NCBI GenBank assembly: GCA_964016885.1
Contig: OZ024757.1
Location: 14,818,001 to 14,882,000 of the forward strand
Direction: 5' to 3'
DNA: 64,000 nt
Origin: Eledone cirrhosa
Taxonomy: Eukaryota
Shown here one piece after another: positions 54,048 through 64,000 of the stretch. Below the pieces are notes generated by a model. That model had not been told where the DNA came from, did no database searches, and worked only from the letters and a program-made list of their open reading frames with translations. Position numbers and translations under genes: made by a program. Every line of letters starts with the position of its first letter. Position 1 is the stretch's first letter.

Positions 54048-54840
54048 GTGTGAACCACTCCTTGATTCATCAACAATGGCCGATCTACTAAATGAAACTA
54101 TTGACCCCCCAGTAGCCTCTGTCTCACAGCATGAAACGCCACATCCTTTCTCTGGCCCAGCAGTCCAATCATCACCACTGCCAACATCTCTGCCTACTAC
54201 TACTACTACTACTACAACATTTTTGTCTACTGCTATGTCAAGGAATTTACCTTCTAATACCAGAACAAGAACTCTCCCTCCCACAGTCCACAAAGGTCGT
54301 CAAATCCTACCCAAACCATCATCTACACCTCTCACAACACCCACACCCACATACCCACCCACTCGAAACCCCATCATTTGCCGCTACTCTCTACGCTATA
54401 GAATATGTACGGATAGTGGCTGCAAATTCACCCATTTACCTAGGACAAAACGATCTATCCCCACAAACAGCCACCACCATAATACATACTCTAATTTAAC
54501 ACCAACACAACCACCAATAACTCAAACAAGGAATCCACAAATCTGCCGTTTTTCCCTGCGAGACAGATTGTGTTTAGACCGGGATTGTCCCTTTACCCAT
54601 CTCCCGGGGACCCGTCGGATAAATGAAAATAAAATTAAAAATAAAAGCAAAAACAAAAACCATAACCTACATAAAAATAACCACTACCACAGTCACCAAC
54701 AGTCTTCTAAACAGGAAACTTCTTCCTCTTTTTTAGCCATAACGAATCTGGCAAAAGAACTGGAAAAAAACATTCGAGCTATCACCCAGCACCACCCTCC
54801 ACTATCACCCCACTGCACAAACTCCCATTGCTGCCATTAA
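53662..54840 (+). CDS. LINE ORF1 protein: Myb/SANT-like N-terminus, polyQ, Thr/Pro-rich linker, two CCCH-like zinc fingers
   Basis: ATG start; NWSDNEIDILINTW...RSEQQIQNKLKQI; ~44-residue Q-rich tract; CRYSLRYRICTDSGCKFTH and CRFSLRDRLCLDRDCPFTH (C-x8-C-x4-C-x3-H). Confidence 0.85.
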
Positions 54841-57800
54841 CAAACAAACAAATTAACAACACACCAAAACAATTAAAACCATCCACTCTCGCCTCTACAT
54901 TTTTGCTTAACGCCCAAGGCATCAGCCCTTCCACCAATACTCAAAAATGGAAGATCAAATTCCTGGAGGACTGGATTGATGTCCATCCAAACCACATCCC
55001 TTTCTTCGTCCTCACTGAAACCCATCTCAGTAACCTCCACTTGGAAGCCGAGGTGAAAGTGAAAAATTTCAAAGCCATCCGTGCTGATCGCGCTGGCAGA
55101 AGAAAGGGCGGAACTGCCATTTATGTCCATAATTCTTTCTCAACAGAGGCTATGAACATATTCACTAATGGATACTGTGAGGCAGTCACTGTATTCAGTC
55201 AAACCAACAACCTATTAGTAGTTGGGCTCTATAGGCCACCCCAAACGCCTGTACCATGCTTCAAGGAATGCCTCAACAGCATAAAGTGTTTCATCCAAGA
55301 GTGTCACCCTGACAACATCTTAATGATGGGGGACTTCAACCTCCCCGGAGTTGACTGGTCCACAAACACCCTGCCACCAGGTTCTTCTGCCTCAACCTCT
55401 GACAGGGAAGCTGTGGAATCGCTTCTTGACTTCATGGATGATTTCTTCCTATCCCAACTAGTGCTCGAACCAACGAGGTGCCACAAAAACGTCCTAGACT
55501 TAATTTTCAGCAATCACACTGACAATATCCACAATATTGCAGTGGAGAAAACTCTACTCTCTGATCATGACATGGTTCTCTGTGATCTGAGATTCCACCG
55601 TCCAATATACAAACCCAATGTCATTTCTCCTGTCCATCCGTTTGACGCTATGGATTTCCACAATGCAAACTGGGAAGCGATCAGTCATGATCTTGCACAT
55701 GTCGACTGGTCCTTCACGCACACTCATACACCCACTAACATCAAAAAGTCCTGGCAGACATTTGTGGACACTGTTACAAACATATGTGCTAAACACACCC
55801 CATTAAGAACTATAAACAAATCTAAGAGCAGAATCCCTAGAAATAGAAAAACACTCATCAGAAAAATTAAGAGAACGAACAAAAAAATCAACAAGCTGAA
55901 ATACTGTCAGCAGCAACACATCAACTTGACTGCCATTTCATCACTAGAGATTAAAAAACATAACCTCCAAAACAACATAATGTCCCTCATCAACAATCAG
56001 AGAAGAGCTGAAGAGGCCTGGGCCATTGAGAAGATCAAACTCAATCCCAAAGTGTTCTTTTCATTTGCAAAAAAACACAAAATCACTGGCTCTACTGTTG
56101 GCCCTCTAATTGATGAAAATGGCACTCTTCAAGACAATGCTAAAACCATGGGTGAGATACTGCAGAAACAATACTGCTCTGTTTTCAGCAATCCTGATAT
56201 GGCCGATCTGGGCTGTATCGGCGATGTTACTCCCCATTACACCTTATCGGACATAACGTTTGGCGCCCCTGATGTCTTGGCGGCAATAAAGGAAATCAAG
56301 CATAATTCAGCAGTAGGTCCCGATAGGTTCCCTGCTTGTGTCTTGAAGGCGTGTCAACACCAACTTGCTTCTCCTCTTGCCAATCTGTGGCGGAACTCAC
56401 TGGATGCTGGATATGTGCCAGAAAACCTTCTATCCCAGTCTGTTGTCCCAGTTTTCAAAAAGGGAAACAAATCCCTTGCCGTGAATTACCGTCCAATCTC
56501 ACTCACCTCTCATATCATTAAGGTATTTGAGCGAGTGGTGAGATCGCGAATGACCCACTTCCTTGAGAGTAACAATATGCTGAACTCCAACCAGCATGGA
56601 TTCCGTAATGGAAGGGATTGCCTGACGCAACTACTGCATCACTTTGATGACATTTTGAGAGCCTTGGGAGAGGGTTCCAACACTGATGTTATCTACCTTG
56701 ATTTCAGCAAGGCCTTTGACAGGGTTGATCATAACATTCTACTGAGAAAGCTGTCCAATATTGGTGTCACTGGAAAGCTGCTGCAGTGGATCAAGAGCTT
56801 CCTGTCAAACAGAACCCAACATGTTGTAGTTGAGGGAGTCAAATCAAGCCCAGCCAAAGTCAGTAGTGGAGTCCCACAAGGCACTGTGTTGGGCCCACTT
56901 CTCTTCATCATCTATATTAATGACATCACTGACATCATCAAACACAGCAACATTAAAATTTTCGCTGATGATTCCAAGCTCCAAAAGGTCATCAATGGCG
57001 TGGATGACCGGATAAGCCTTCAGTCAGACCTACTGGCTGTTACCCAATGGGCAGAAAAGAACAACATGCTACTGAACGAAGACAAATTCGAACTGATCCA
57101 CTTTGGAAAAGAGGATGCTCTGAAACTCCCGTACTCCCTTCCCTCCGGGGAAACTCTCGTGGCATCTAACAACATCAGAGACTTGGGAGTAACCGTGGAC
57201 AGCAACATAAGCTGGACCACGCATATAAGCAGCAAAGTTGACATGGCCCGCAGAATGTGTTCCTGGATCCTCAGAACCTTCCAGTCGAGAGATTCCCGCA
57301 CCATTATCCTTCTCTTCTCTACTTTCGCCCGACCACACCTTGAATACTGTTGTCCACTGTGGTCTCCCCACACGAAACAAAGTATCATGAAACTTGAAGC
57401 TCCTCAAAGGGCAATCACGAAAAAGATAGATGGCATGTCAGACCTTGACTACTGGGGTCGATTGGAAAACCTGAAACTTTACTCACTCCAACGTCGCCGT
57501 GAGCGTTATATTATCTGCATGATGTGGAAAATGTTCCATCATCACTGCCCAAATGATGTTGGCATCGCCTTCAAGATACACCCAAGGCTTGGGCCCCGTG
57601 CTATCCGTCCCATTCAAAAATCTAAATCGCAACTCATAACAACAATACGGCACAATTATTTCACCTCAATCGGCCCTGCTCTCTTCAACATCACACCAGG
57701 ACACGTCAAAACAGAAACTGACCACACAAAATTCAAGAAGTCTTTGGACAAATTCCTCCAAGTAATCCCGGACAAACCACCCACACCCGGATATGTCTCC

Positions 57801-57848
57801 GCAAACAGTAATTCTCTTCTCGAATGGGCCATGGTGCCCAAATCCTGA
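54711..57848 (+). CDS. LINE ORF2: AP-like endonuclease + reverse transcriptase (stop-to-stop frame; no upstream ATG)
   Basis: APE motifs LLNAQG, LTETH, GGTAIY, YRPP, GDFN, LDLIF, SDHD; RT motifs [41 protein letters not shown]; CR1-group [13 protein letters not shown] and SLQRRRER. Confidence 0.95.
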   Translation, partial: TGNFFLFFSHNESGKRTGKKHSSYHPAPPSTITPLHKLPLLPLTNKQINNTPKQLKPSTLASTFLLNAQGISPSTNTQKWKIKFLEDWIDVHPNHIPFFVLTETHLSNLHLEAEVKVKNFKAIRADRAGRRKGGTAIYVHNSFSTEAMNIFTNGYCEAVTVFSQTNNLLVVGLYRPPQTPVPCFKECLNSIKCFIQECHPDNILMMGDFNLPGVDWSTNTLPPGSSASTSDREAVESLLDFMDDFFLSQLVLEPTRCHKNVLDLIFSNHTDNIHNIAVEKTLLSDHDMVLCDLRFHRPIYKPNVISPVHPFDAMDFHNANWEAISHDLAHVDWSFTHTHTPTNIKKSWQTFVDTVTNICAKHTPLRTINKSKSRIPRNRKTLIRKIKRTNKKINKLKYCQQQHINLTAISSLEIKKHNLQNNIMSLINNQRRAEEAWAIEKIKLNPKVFFSFAKKHKITGSTVGPLIDENGTLQDNAKTMGEILQKQYCSVFSNPDMADLGCIGDVTPHYTLSDITFGAPDVLAAIKEIKHNSAVGPDRFPACVLKACQHQLASPLANLWRNSLDAGYVPENLLSQSVVPVFKKGNKSLAVNYRPISLTSHIIKVFERVVRSRMTHFLESNNMLNSNQHGFRNGRDCLTQLLHHFDDILRALGEGSNTDVIYLDFSKAFDRVDHNILLRKLSNIGVTGKLLQWIKSFLSNRTQHVVVEGVKSSPAKVSSGVPQGTVLGPLLFIIYINDITDIIKHSNIKIFADDSKLQKVINGVDDRISLQSDLLAVTQWAEKNNMLLNEDKFELIHFGKEDALKLPYSLPSGETLVASNNIRDLGVTVDSNISWTTHISSKVDMARRMCSWILRTFQSRDSRTIILLFSTFARPHLEYCCPLWSPHTKQSIMKLEAPQRAITKKIDGMSDLDYWGRLENLKLYSLQRRRERYIICMMWKMFHHHCPNDVGIAFKIHPRLGPRAIRPIQKSKSQLITTIRHNYFTSIGPALFNITPGHVKTETDHTKFKKSLDKFLQVIPDKPPTPGYVSANSNSLLEWAMVPKS

Positions 57849-57932
57849 ATTGAAAGACTTCGCCAGGTGGTGCTATTAAGTTAGACATGGCCTGGGCCAA
57901 TACTGGCCAAAACATTTCAAAGTTATTCAAAG

Positions 57933-58142
<210 letters not shown>

Positions 58143-58143
58143 T

Positions 58144-58331
58144 GGCCAGTGGATTGGCAGTATCGGTAGAGGGTCGGACGCCATGCTTTGACGCATAGAG
58201 TTACGGCCCTTGCCATTCTGAGTTCAAATCCCGCCGAGGTTAACTTTGCCTTTCATCCTTATGGGGTCGATAAAATAAAGTACCAGTAATACACTGGGTA
58301 ATTGCTGGCCTTGTGCCAAAAGTAGAAACAA
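58144..58331 (+). mobile_element. tRNA-derived SINE (same family as 320-517)
   Basis: GGCCAGTGGATTGGCAG...GAGTTCAAATCCCGCCGAGG...GGCCTTGTGCCAAAAGTAGAAAC. Confidence 0.88.
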
Positions 58332-58358
58332 TTATATATATATTATATATATATATTA

Positions 58359-58408
<50 letters not shown>

Positions 58409-58603
58409 ATATAAATATATATATTATATATATAAATATATATATTATATATATATATTATATATGTGTATATTATATATATTATATATATATTATATAT
58501 ATATATTATATATATATATATATTATATATATATATATTATATATATATAATTATATATATACGATATTAAACAAATGGAAACTATATATATAAAACCAT
58601 ATT

Positions 58604-58669
58604 TATTTCATTATACATATTTCGGGGATACCATATTAAAAATATGGCATGCCTTCTTCAGATAAAATA
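58604..58669 (-). ncRNA. Minimal type I hammerhead ribozyme
   Basis: Reverse complement of the 50706-50771 motif. Confidence 0.8.
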
Positions 58670-59050
58670 CAATATATAAACAGTTTTATAAATAATTTTG
58701 ACGTACCATAAATATTGATCAACTTTTATGTAAGAAGTTGGTTTGGTAGTGAAATGTTTATAAATATTTAGTGTTAAGCACAGTTAAAAAGAAAGACGGA
58801 GAAAAAGAAGAAATGTATGTAAAGAAAAACAGAGAGAAATAGAGAGAGATAGGGGAGAGAGAAATATTATATATTATATATATATATATTATATATATAT
58901 ATTATATATATATATATATTATATATATATATTATATATATATATTATATATATATATATTATATATATTTATATATTATATATATATATATTATATATA
59001 TATATATTATATATATATATATTATATATATATATTATATATATATATAT

Positions 59051-59081
<31 letters not shown>

Positions 59082-59785
59082 ATATATATATATATTATAT
59101 TTATATATATATATTATATATATATATATTATATATATATTATATTATATATATATTATATTATATATATATTATATTATATATATATTATATTATATAT
59201 ATATTATATATATATATATGTATATATTATTTATATATATATTATATATATATTATATATATAAATATATATTATATATATATATTTTATATATATATAT
59301 ATTATAATATATATTATATATATATTATAATATATATATATATATTATAATATATATATATATTATATATATAATATATATATATATATTGTTATACTTT
59401 GGGAGGGTCATGTTGCCAATAAGAAACACACGCACCAGTAGCTTTCACTTCAATTTATTATAATAAATTTATAATAAATTTATAAATTTATAAATTTCTG
59501 GTTGGTTGGTTGGTTCCACAGCCAGATAGTTGTTTATATATTGTCATAGTTCTTTCGTCACACACTCTTTGACCTCTTCAGTGACTGGGATTCCTTTCTT
59601 TGTTTCTGTGCCTCTCCTTTGTTCTGTCCTACACCATTTTGTTTCTGTGTGTGTGTTGTGTGCTCAGTCTGCGCATGCGCCACATCCGGGTGTCTGTGTG
59701 TGTTTATGTTCATTTATTTATTTGTTTATTTACATGTTACTGGTTGGTTGTTTGTTCTATGTGTGTGTGTGTTTTCATTTTTTCC

Positions 59786-60325
59786 TTAATTGTAAGTTGT
59801 GATGTTGCTGTTCCACTCATATTTTCTATTTAATTTTGGTTGTAATTCTTTTATGTTTATTGCCTCTGTAATTTGTCTAAACATTGCGTCTTTTCTATGT
59901 GTAGATTCTATTTTTATTTCTATGTTCTCTAATTTACCCTTGTGTTCTATTTTAGCATTTTGGTAGAGTACAGATGATTCTTTACTATCTTGAAGGTCTC
60001 GCCAGTGTTCATTTATCCGTTCCCCTACACTACGGGCTGTCTCACCTATGTACACTATATTTTTGTCTCTACATTGTCCTTCAGTACATCTTATGCTATA
60101 CACTACATTTCTAGTTTTACAGTTAATATGGGGGCTTATTTTACAGGTTATACATTTCTTATCTATACATGAGGGTCTTTGAAAAGGGTATGTCTTGCTA
60201 ATAAGTGTTTTTACGGAGGTACCTGGTCTTTCTACTATCTTAATATTGAGTTTATGTTTATTTAGGGCCCTTCTAAATTTGTAAGCTAATTCACCTCTAG
60301 GGATTGTATCGATGAACATTACACT
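59786..60325 (-). CDS. C-terminal fragment of a Penelope-like ORF: Cys-rich linker + GIY-YIG endonuclease
   Basis: CIDKKCITC...INCKTRNVVYSIRC...C...YIGETARSVGERINEH...RQITEAINI...LNRK; the ORF-track ATG lies in the terminal repeat, not in coding sequence. Confidence 0.9.
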   Translation of the reverse strand, partial: SVMFIDTIPRGELAYKFRRALNKHKLNIKIVERPGTSVKTLISKTYPFQRPSCIDKKCITCKISPHINCKTRNVVYSIRCTEGQCRDKNIVYIGETARSVGERINEHWRDLQDSKESSVLYQNAKIEHKGKLENIEIKIESTHRKDAMFRQITEAINIKELQPKLNRKYEWNSNITTYN

Positions 60326-60331
60326 CATATT

Positions 60332-60397
60332 TATTTCATTATACATATTTCGGGGATACCATATTAAAAATATGGCATGCCTTCTTCAGATAAAATA
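60332..60397 (-). ncRNA. Minimal type I hammerhead ribozyme
   Basis: Reverse complement of the 50706-50771 motif. Confidence 0.8.
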
Positions 60398-60495
60398 CAA
60401 TATAAAAACAGTTTTATAAATAATTTTGACGTACCATAAATATTGAGCAACCGTTATGTAGGAAGCCGGTTATTTATAAAACTGTTTATATATTG

Positions 60496-60561
60496 TATTT
60501 TATCTGAAGAAGGCATGCCATATTTTTAATATGGTATCCCTGAAATATGTATAATGAAATA
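60496..60561 (+). ncRNA. Minimal type I hammerhead ribozyme
   Basis: TATTTTAT-CTGAAGA-AGGCATGCCATATTTTTAATATGGTATCCCT-GAAA-TATGTATA-ATGAAATA. Confidence 0.75.
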
Positions 60562-61750
60562 AATATGGTTTTATAAATATAGTTTCCATTTGTTTAATAT
60601 CGTATATCTACTCCAAAACTTGTCGAGTGCTTTATATCAGTTATAAAATATTTACTTGTTGTAACCCAACAATTTTAAATAAAACTTTTGCATATATATA
60701 TATATATATATATCATCATCACTCTTTTACGTCCATTTTTCCATGCTAGCATGGGTTAGACGAATTGTCCTGTTGTGGGCAATGCCATGTCAGGTGACTA
60801 TATCTTGCTCACTAACCACTAACCCTTTATAGCTTAGGCTGGATGCACTTTGTGACATTACCACTACCACTTTACAGAGTGGACTGGGTGTATTTTATTG
60901 TGACACCAGCACTAACACTTTACAGAGTGGGCTGGGTGGATTTTAGTGTGACATCAGCACTACTACTTTAAAGAGTGGGCTGGGTGCATTTTATTGTGGT
61001 ACCAGCACTACCACTTTACAGAGTGGGCTGGGTACATTTTATTGTGGTATCAGCACTACCACTTTACAGAGTGGGCTGGGTGCATTTTATTGTGACACCA
61101 TTTCTACTACTTTACAGAGTGGGCTGGGTGCATTTTATTGTGGCACCATTTCTACCACTTTACAGAGTGGGCTGGGTGCATTTTATTGTGACACCATTTA
61201 CAGAGTGGACTGGGTGCATTTTATTGTGGCACCATTTCTACCACTTTACAGAGTGGACTGGGTGTATTTTATTGCAACACCAGCCCTACCACTTTACAGA
61301 GTGGACTGGATGTATTTTAGTGTGACACTGGCACTAACACTTTACAGAGTGGACTGGGCGCATGTTATTGTGACACTAGCACTACCACTTTACAGAGTGG
61401 ACTGGGCGCATTTTATTGTTGAATGAGCCCTACCATACCACATTTCAACACTAGGTATTTGTATCCTTGGCTGGGAGGACTGTGATAGAAAGAGAAAACA
61501 TAGTAGACAAAATATCTGCAAAAAATAAAAATTGTAAAATGTATGTAAAGTGAAGATATGCCTACATAGATATGTATATTTGTGTTTGTGTCTGTGTTTA
61601 TGTCATCAGGCTTGGCAGTTCAACAAAAAGAAATTGATAAAATATATGCCAGGCTTGAAAATCTAAGTACTGGGGTTGATATGATTTACTGAATCTTGGC
61701 AATGCCCCAGCATGGCCGCAATCTAATGACTGAAACCAATAAAAGTATAT

Positions 61751-63685
61751 ATGTTAGTGTGTGTATACACTCACACACACATAATTATGTTTGTGTCTGC
61801 CTTTCTATGGTGTGTGTTAATAAATATAGACATTCAGGAAAACCGTGATATTGTCGGGGAGAAGTGTGTACTTAACGATGATGGCATACTTGCCATCACC
61901 GACACTGATAAGAAGGTAGCTTGGAAGTGTCACTATGAAAGGCTACTAAATGAGGAGAATAAATGGGAGAAAGACAGGCTCCCCCATATCGACCCGATAG
62001 AGGGACCAGCAGTGTTAGTCGAGGGGAGTATAATAAGTAAGGCAATCAAGGATATGAAGACGGGTAAGGCGGCTGGGCCTTCGGAAATAGTTGCTGAGAT
62101 GCTGAAGGCATCTGGCACGGTGGGACACACCATGGTCACCCGCATAGTTAACCAAGTCGTACAGAATGGGGTTGTTCCGAAGGACTGGCATAGCAGCATC
62201 ATCGTTAACTGTTATAAGGGTAAAGGAGACGCCCTAGATAGGAGTAACTATAGAGGCATTAAATTAATCGACCAGGTCATGAAGGTCACGGAAAAAGTAA
62301 TAGCGCAACTAATCAGAGAGAGAATTGACCTAGATGAAATGCAGTTCGGGTTTGTGTCAGGCAAAAGCACCACAGACGCCCTTTTCATAGTACGACAACT
62401 ACAGGAGAAGTACCTAGCTAAAGGTAGACCCCTCTACTTAGCTTTTGTCGACCTGGAGAAAGCCTTCGACAGAGTCCCCCGCTCCATTATCTGGTGGGCT
62501 CTTAGAAAACTAGGCGTTGACGAATGGCTTGTGAGGGCTATACAAGCCATGTATAAAGAAACAGTCAGCAAGGTTAGAATTAACAACGAATATAGTGAAG
62601 AGTTTAGCGTAAAAGTTGGCGTCCATCAGGGCTCTGTTCTCAGCCCCCTACTATTTATTATTGCCCTTCAGGCTATAACAGAGGAGTTCAAGACAGGCTG
62701 CCCATGGGAACTCCTATACGCAGACGACCTGACACTCATAGCGGAATCAATGGCCGAGCTAGAGAAGAAATTCCAAACATGGAAGCACGGCCTAGAGTCA
62801 AAAGGACTTAAAATTAACCTGGCTAAGACCAAAGTTCTAGTTTGTAGGAAAGAAAACAAGGCGGCGGTCCCTTCTGGGAAATGGTCGTGCTCGGTGTGTA
62901 GGAAAGGCGTAGGTAGAAACTCCATTTTATGTCCTAAATGCAAAGTATGGGTGCATAAAAGATGTAGTGGGATCACAGGTAAGCTAACTAAGAACATAGA
63001 TTTTACATGTGGCCGGTGTTCTGGTGCAATAAGTAGCAGCAAGTGCCCACAAAATACTAGCTCTTTCAATTGCGCAGAGGGTTCTATAGAAATAGTGGAC
63101 AGCTTCCGTTACCTGGGCGATAAAATCAGCAGTGGGGGAGGGTGCTCTGAAAGTACTGTAGCTAGAGTCAGAACTGGTTGGAAAAAGTTCAGAGAGCTTA
63201 TACCACTATTAGCTGCTAAAGGGTTCTCCCTAAAAATGAAAGGCAGGTTGTACGATGCCTGCATACGAACAGCAATGTTGCATGGTAGTGAGACCTGGGC
63301 ATTGTGTGCAGAGGATATACGCAGACTAGAGAGGAACGAAGCTTGCATGCTCCGCTGGATGTGTAACAGTAATATACGTGAATGGCAAAGCATAAACGAA
63401 CTAAGGAAAAAATTAGAGATAAGAGGGATCAGATGTTGTTTACTCGAGAGAAGGCTGCGTTGGTATGGACACGTGATGCGCATGAAAGTCGATAGCTGTA
63501 TAACAAAGTGCAGGGCAATAAAGATAGACGGTAGCCACGGAATAGGCAGACCTAGAAAAACCTGGGACGAGCTGATAAACTCCGACCTCACACACTTACA
63601 CCTCTCCAAGACAATGTCACTGGACCGAGACCTTTGGCGGTACTCAGTAACAGAGAAGACCCGCCTTGCCAGTAGGCATCTCTAA
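61751..63685 (+). CDS. RTE reverse transcriptase ORF (truncated; element starts ~61835) with PHD-like finger
   Basis: Mirror of 47416-49350; differs at N/S, R/W and M/I. Confidence 0.85.
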   Translation: MLVCVYTHTHIIMFVSAFLWCVLINIDIQENRDIVGEKCVLNDDGILAITDTDKKVAWKCHYERLLNEENKWEKDRLPHIDPIEGPAVLVEGSIISKAIKDMKTGKAAGPSEIVAEMLKASGTVGHTMVTRIVNQVVQNGVVPKDWHSSIIVNCYKGKGDALDRSNYRGIKLIDQVMKVTEKVIAQLIRERIDLDEMQFGFVSGKSTTDALFIVRQLQEKYLAKGRPLYLAFVDLEKAFDRVPRSIIWWALRKLGVDEWLVRAIQAMYKETVSKVRINNEYSEEFSVKVGVHQGSVLSPLLFIIALQAITEEFKTGCPWELLYADDLTLIAESMAELEKKFQTWKHGLESKGLKINLAKTKVLVCRKENKAAVPSGKWSCSVCRKGVGRNSILCPKCKVWVHKRCSGITGKLTKNIDFTCGRCSGAISSSKCPQNTSSFNCAEGSIEIVDSFRYLGDKISSGGGCSESTVARVRTGWKKFRELIPLLAAKGFSLKMKGRLYDACIRTAMLHGSETWALCAEDIRRLERNEACMLRWMCNSNIREWQSINELRKKLEIRGIRCCLLERRLRWYGHVMRMKVDSCITKCRAIKIDGSHGIGRPRKTWDELINSDLTHLHLSKTMSLDRDLWRYSVTEKTRLASRHL

Positions 63686-64000
63686 CAAAATACACCCCGT
63701 CCCGCCACCACCCCGTTCTATATAAAGTTATGTTGGTGCCGCGCCATCCAGGCCGAAACAAATGAGATCGTGTAGGTGTCACGACAAAAAAAACACACAG
63801 TCCACGCTGTAATGTGGCCGTGTAGGCAACACGGTAAAAACCTCCCAGACCCACACTGTAAATGTGGTTGGTGTTAGGAAGGGCATCCAACTGTAGAAAA
63901 CCTGCCAGACAGTCCTATGCGAGCAAGACAATCACTCTTGCCTCAAGTGGGACTACCCCCGTCCAAACCCATGCAAGCGTGGAACACGGACGTTAAACGT

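Larger units (their letters stand above)
58561..60604 (-). mobile_element. 5'-truncated Penelope-like element with direct and inverted terminal repeats
   Basis: GIY-YIG ORF fragment flanked by direct repeats (~58598-58735 and 60326-60460) and an inverted copy (60470-60604), each holding a hammerhead motif. Confidence 0.9.
60326..64000. repeat. Right arm of large inverted duplication
   Basis: Reverse complement of 47083-50777, with a few substitutions and an ~18-bp indel near 63713. Confidence 0.97.

Overview
AT-rich, microsatellite-dense eukaryotic DNA; the SINE/RTE repertoire suggests a cephalopod such as Octopus (inference, not checked). I can support no ordinary host protein-coding gene. 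Left part (1-10 kb and 29-40 kb): a diverged tandem array of ~3-4 kb units. Each unit carries a TATA-like promoter block, a fossil CR1-group LINE, a terminal-exon-like block and a fold-back element built from tRNA-like heads; 1-2916 is recently duplicated at 29588-32489. A 13-kb purine-strand satellite (10030-23140) interrupts the array and explains the spurious 4389-aa ORF. Right part: a near-identical inverted duplication of at least 3.7 kb (47083-50777 vs 60326-64000). Each arm holds a 5'-truncated RTE LINE with a PHD-like finger in the RT region and ends in Penelope-type terminal repeats with minimal hammerhead ribozymes (5 copies). Between the arms lies an apparently intact CR1-group LINE. 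Its ORF1 combines Myb/SANT-like, polyQ and two CCCH-like motifs. Its ORF2 has no usable ATG, but a T-TTT-TTA slippery heptamer in the ORF1/ORF2 overlap suggests programmed -1 ribosomal frameshifting. All calls come from reading the sequence by eye; no searches were run.
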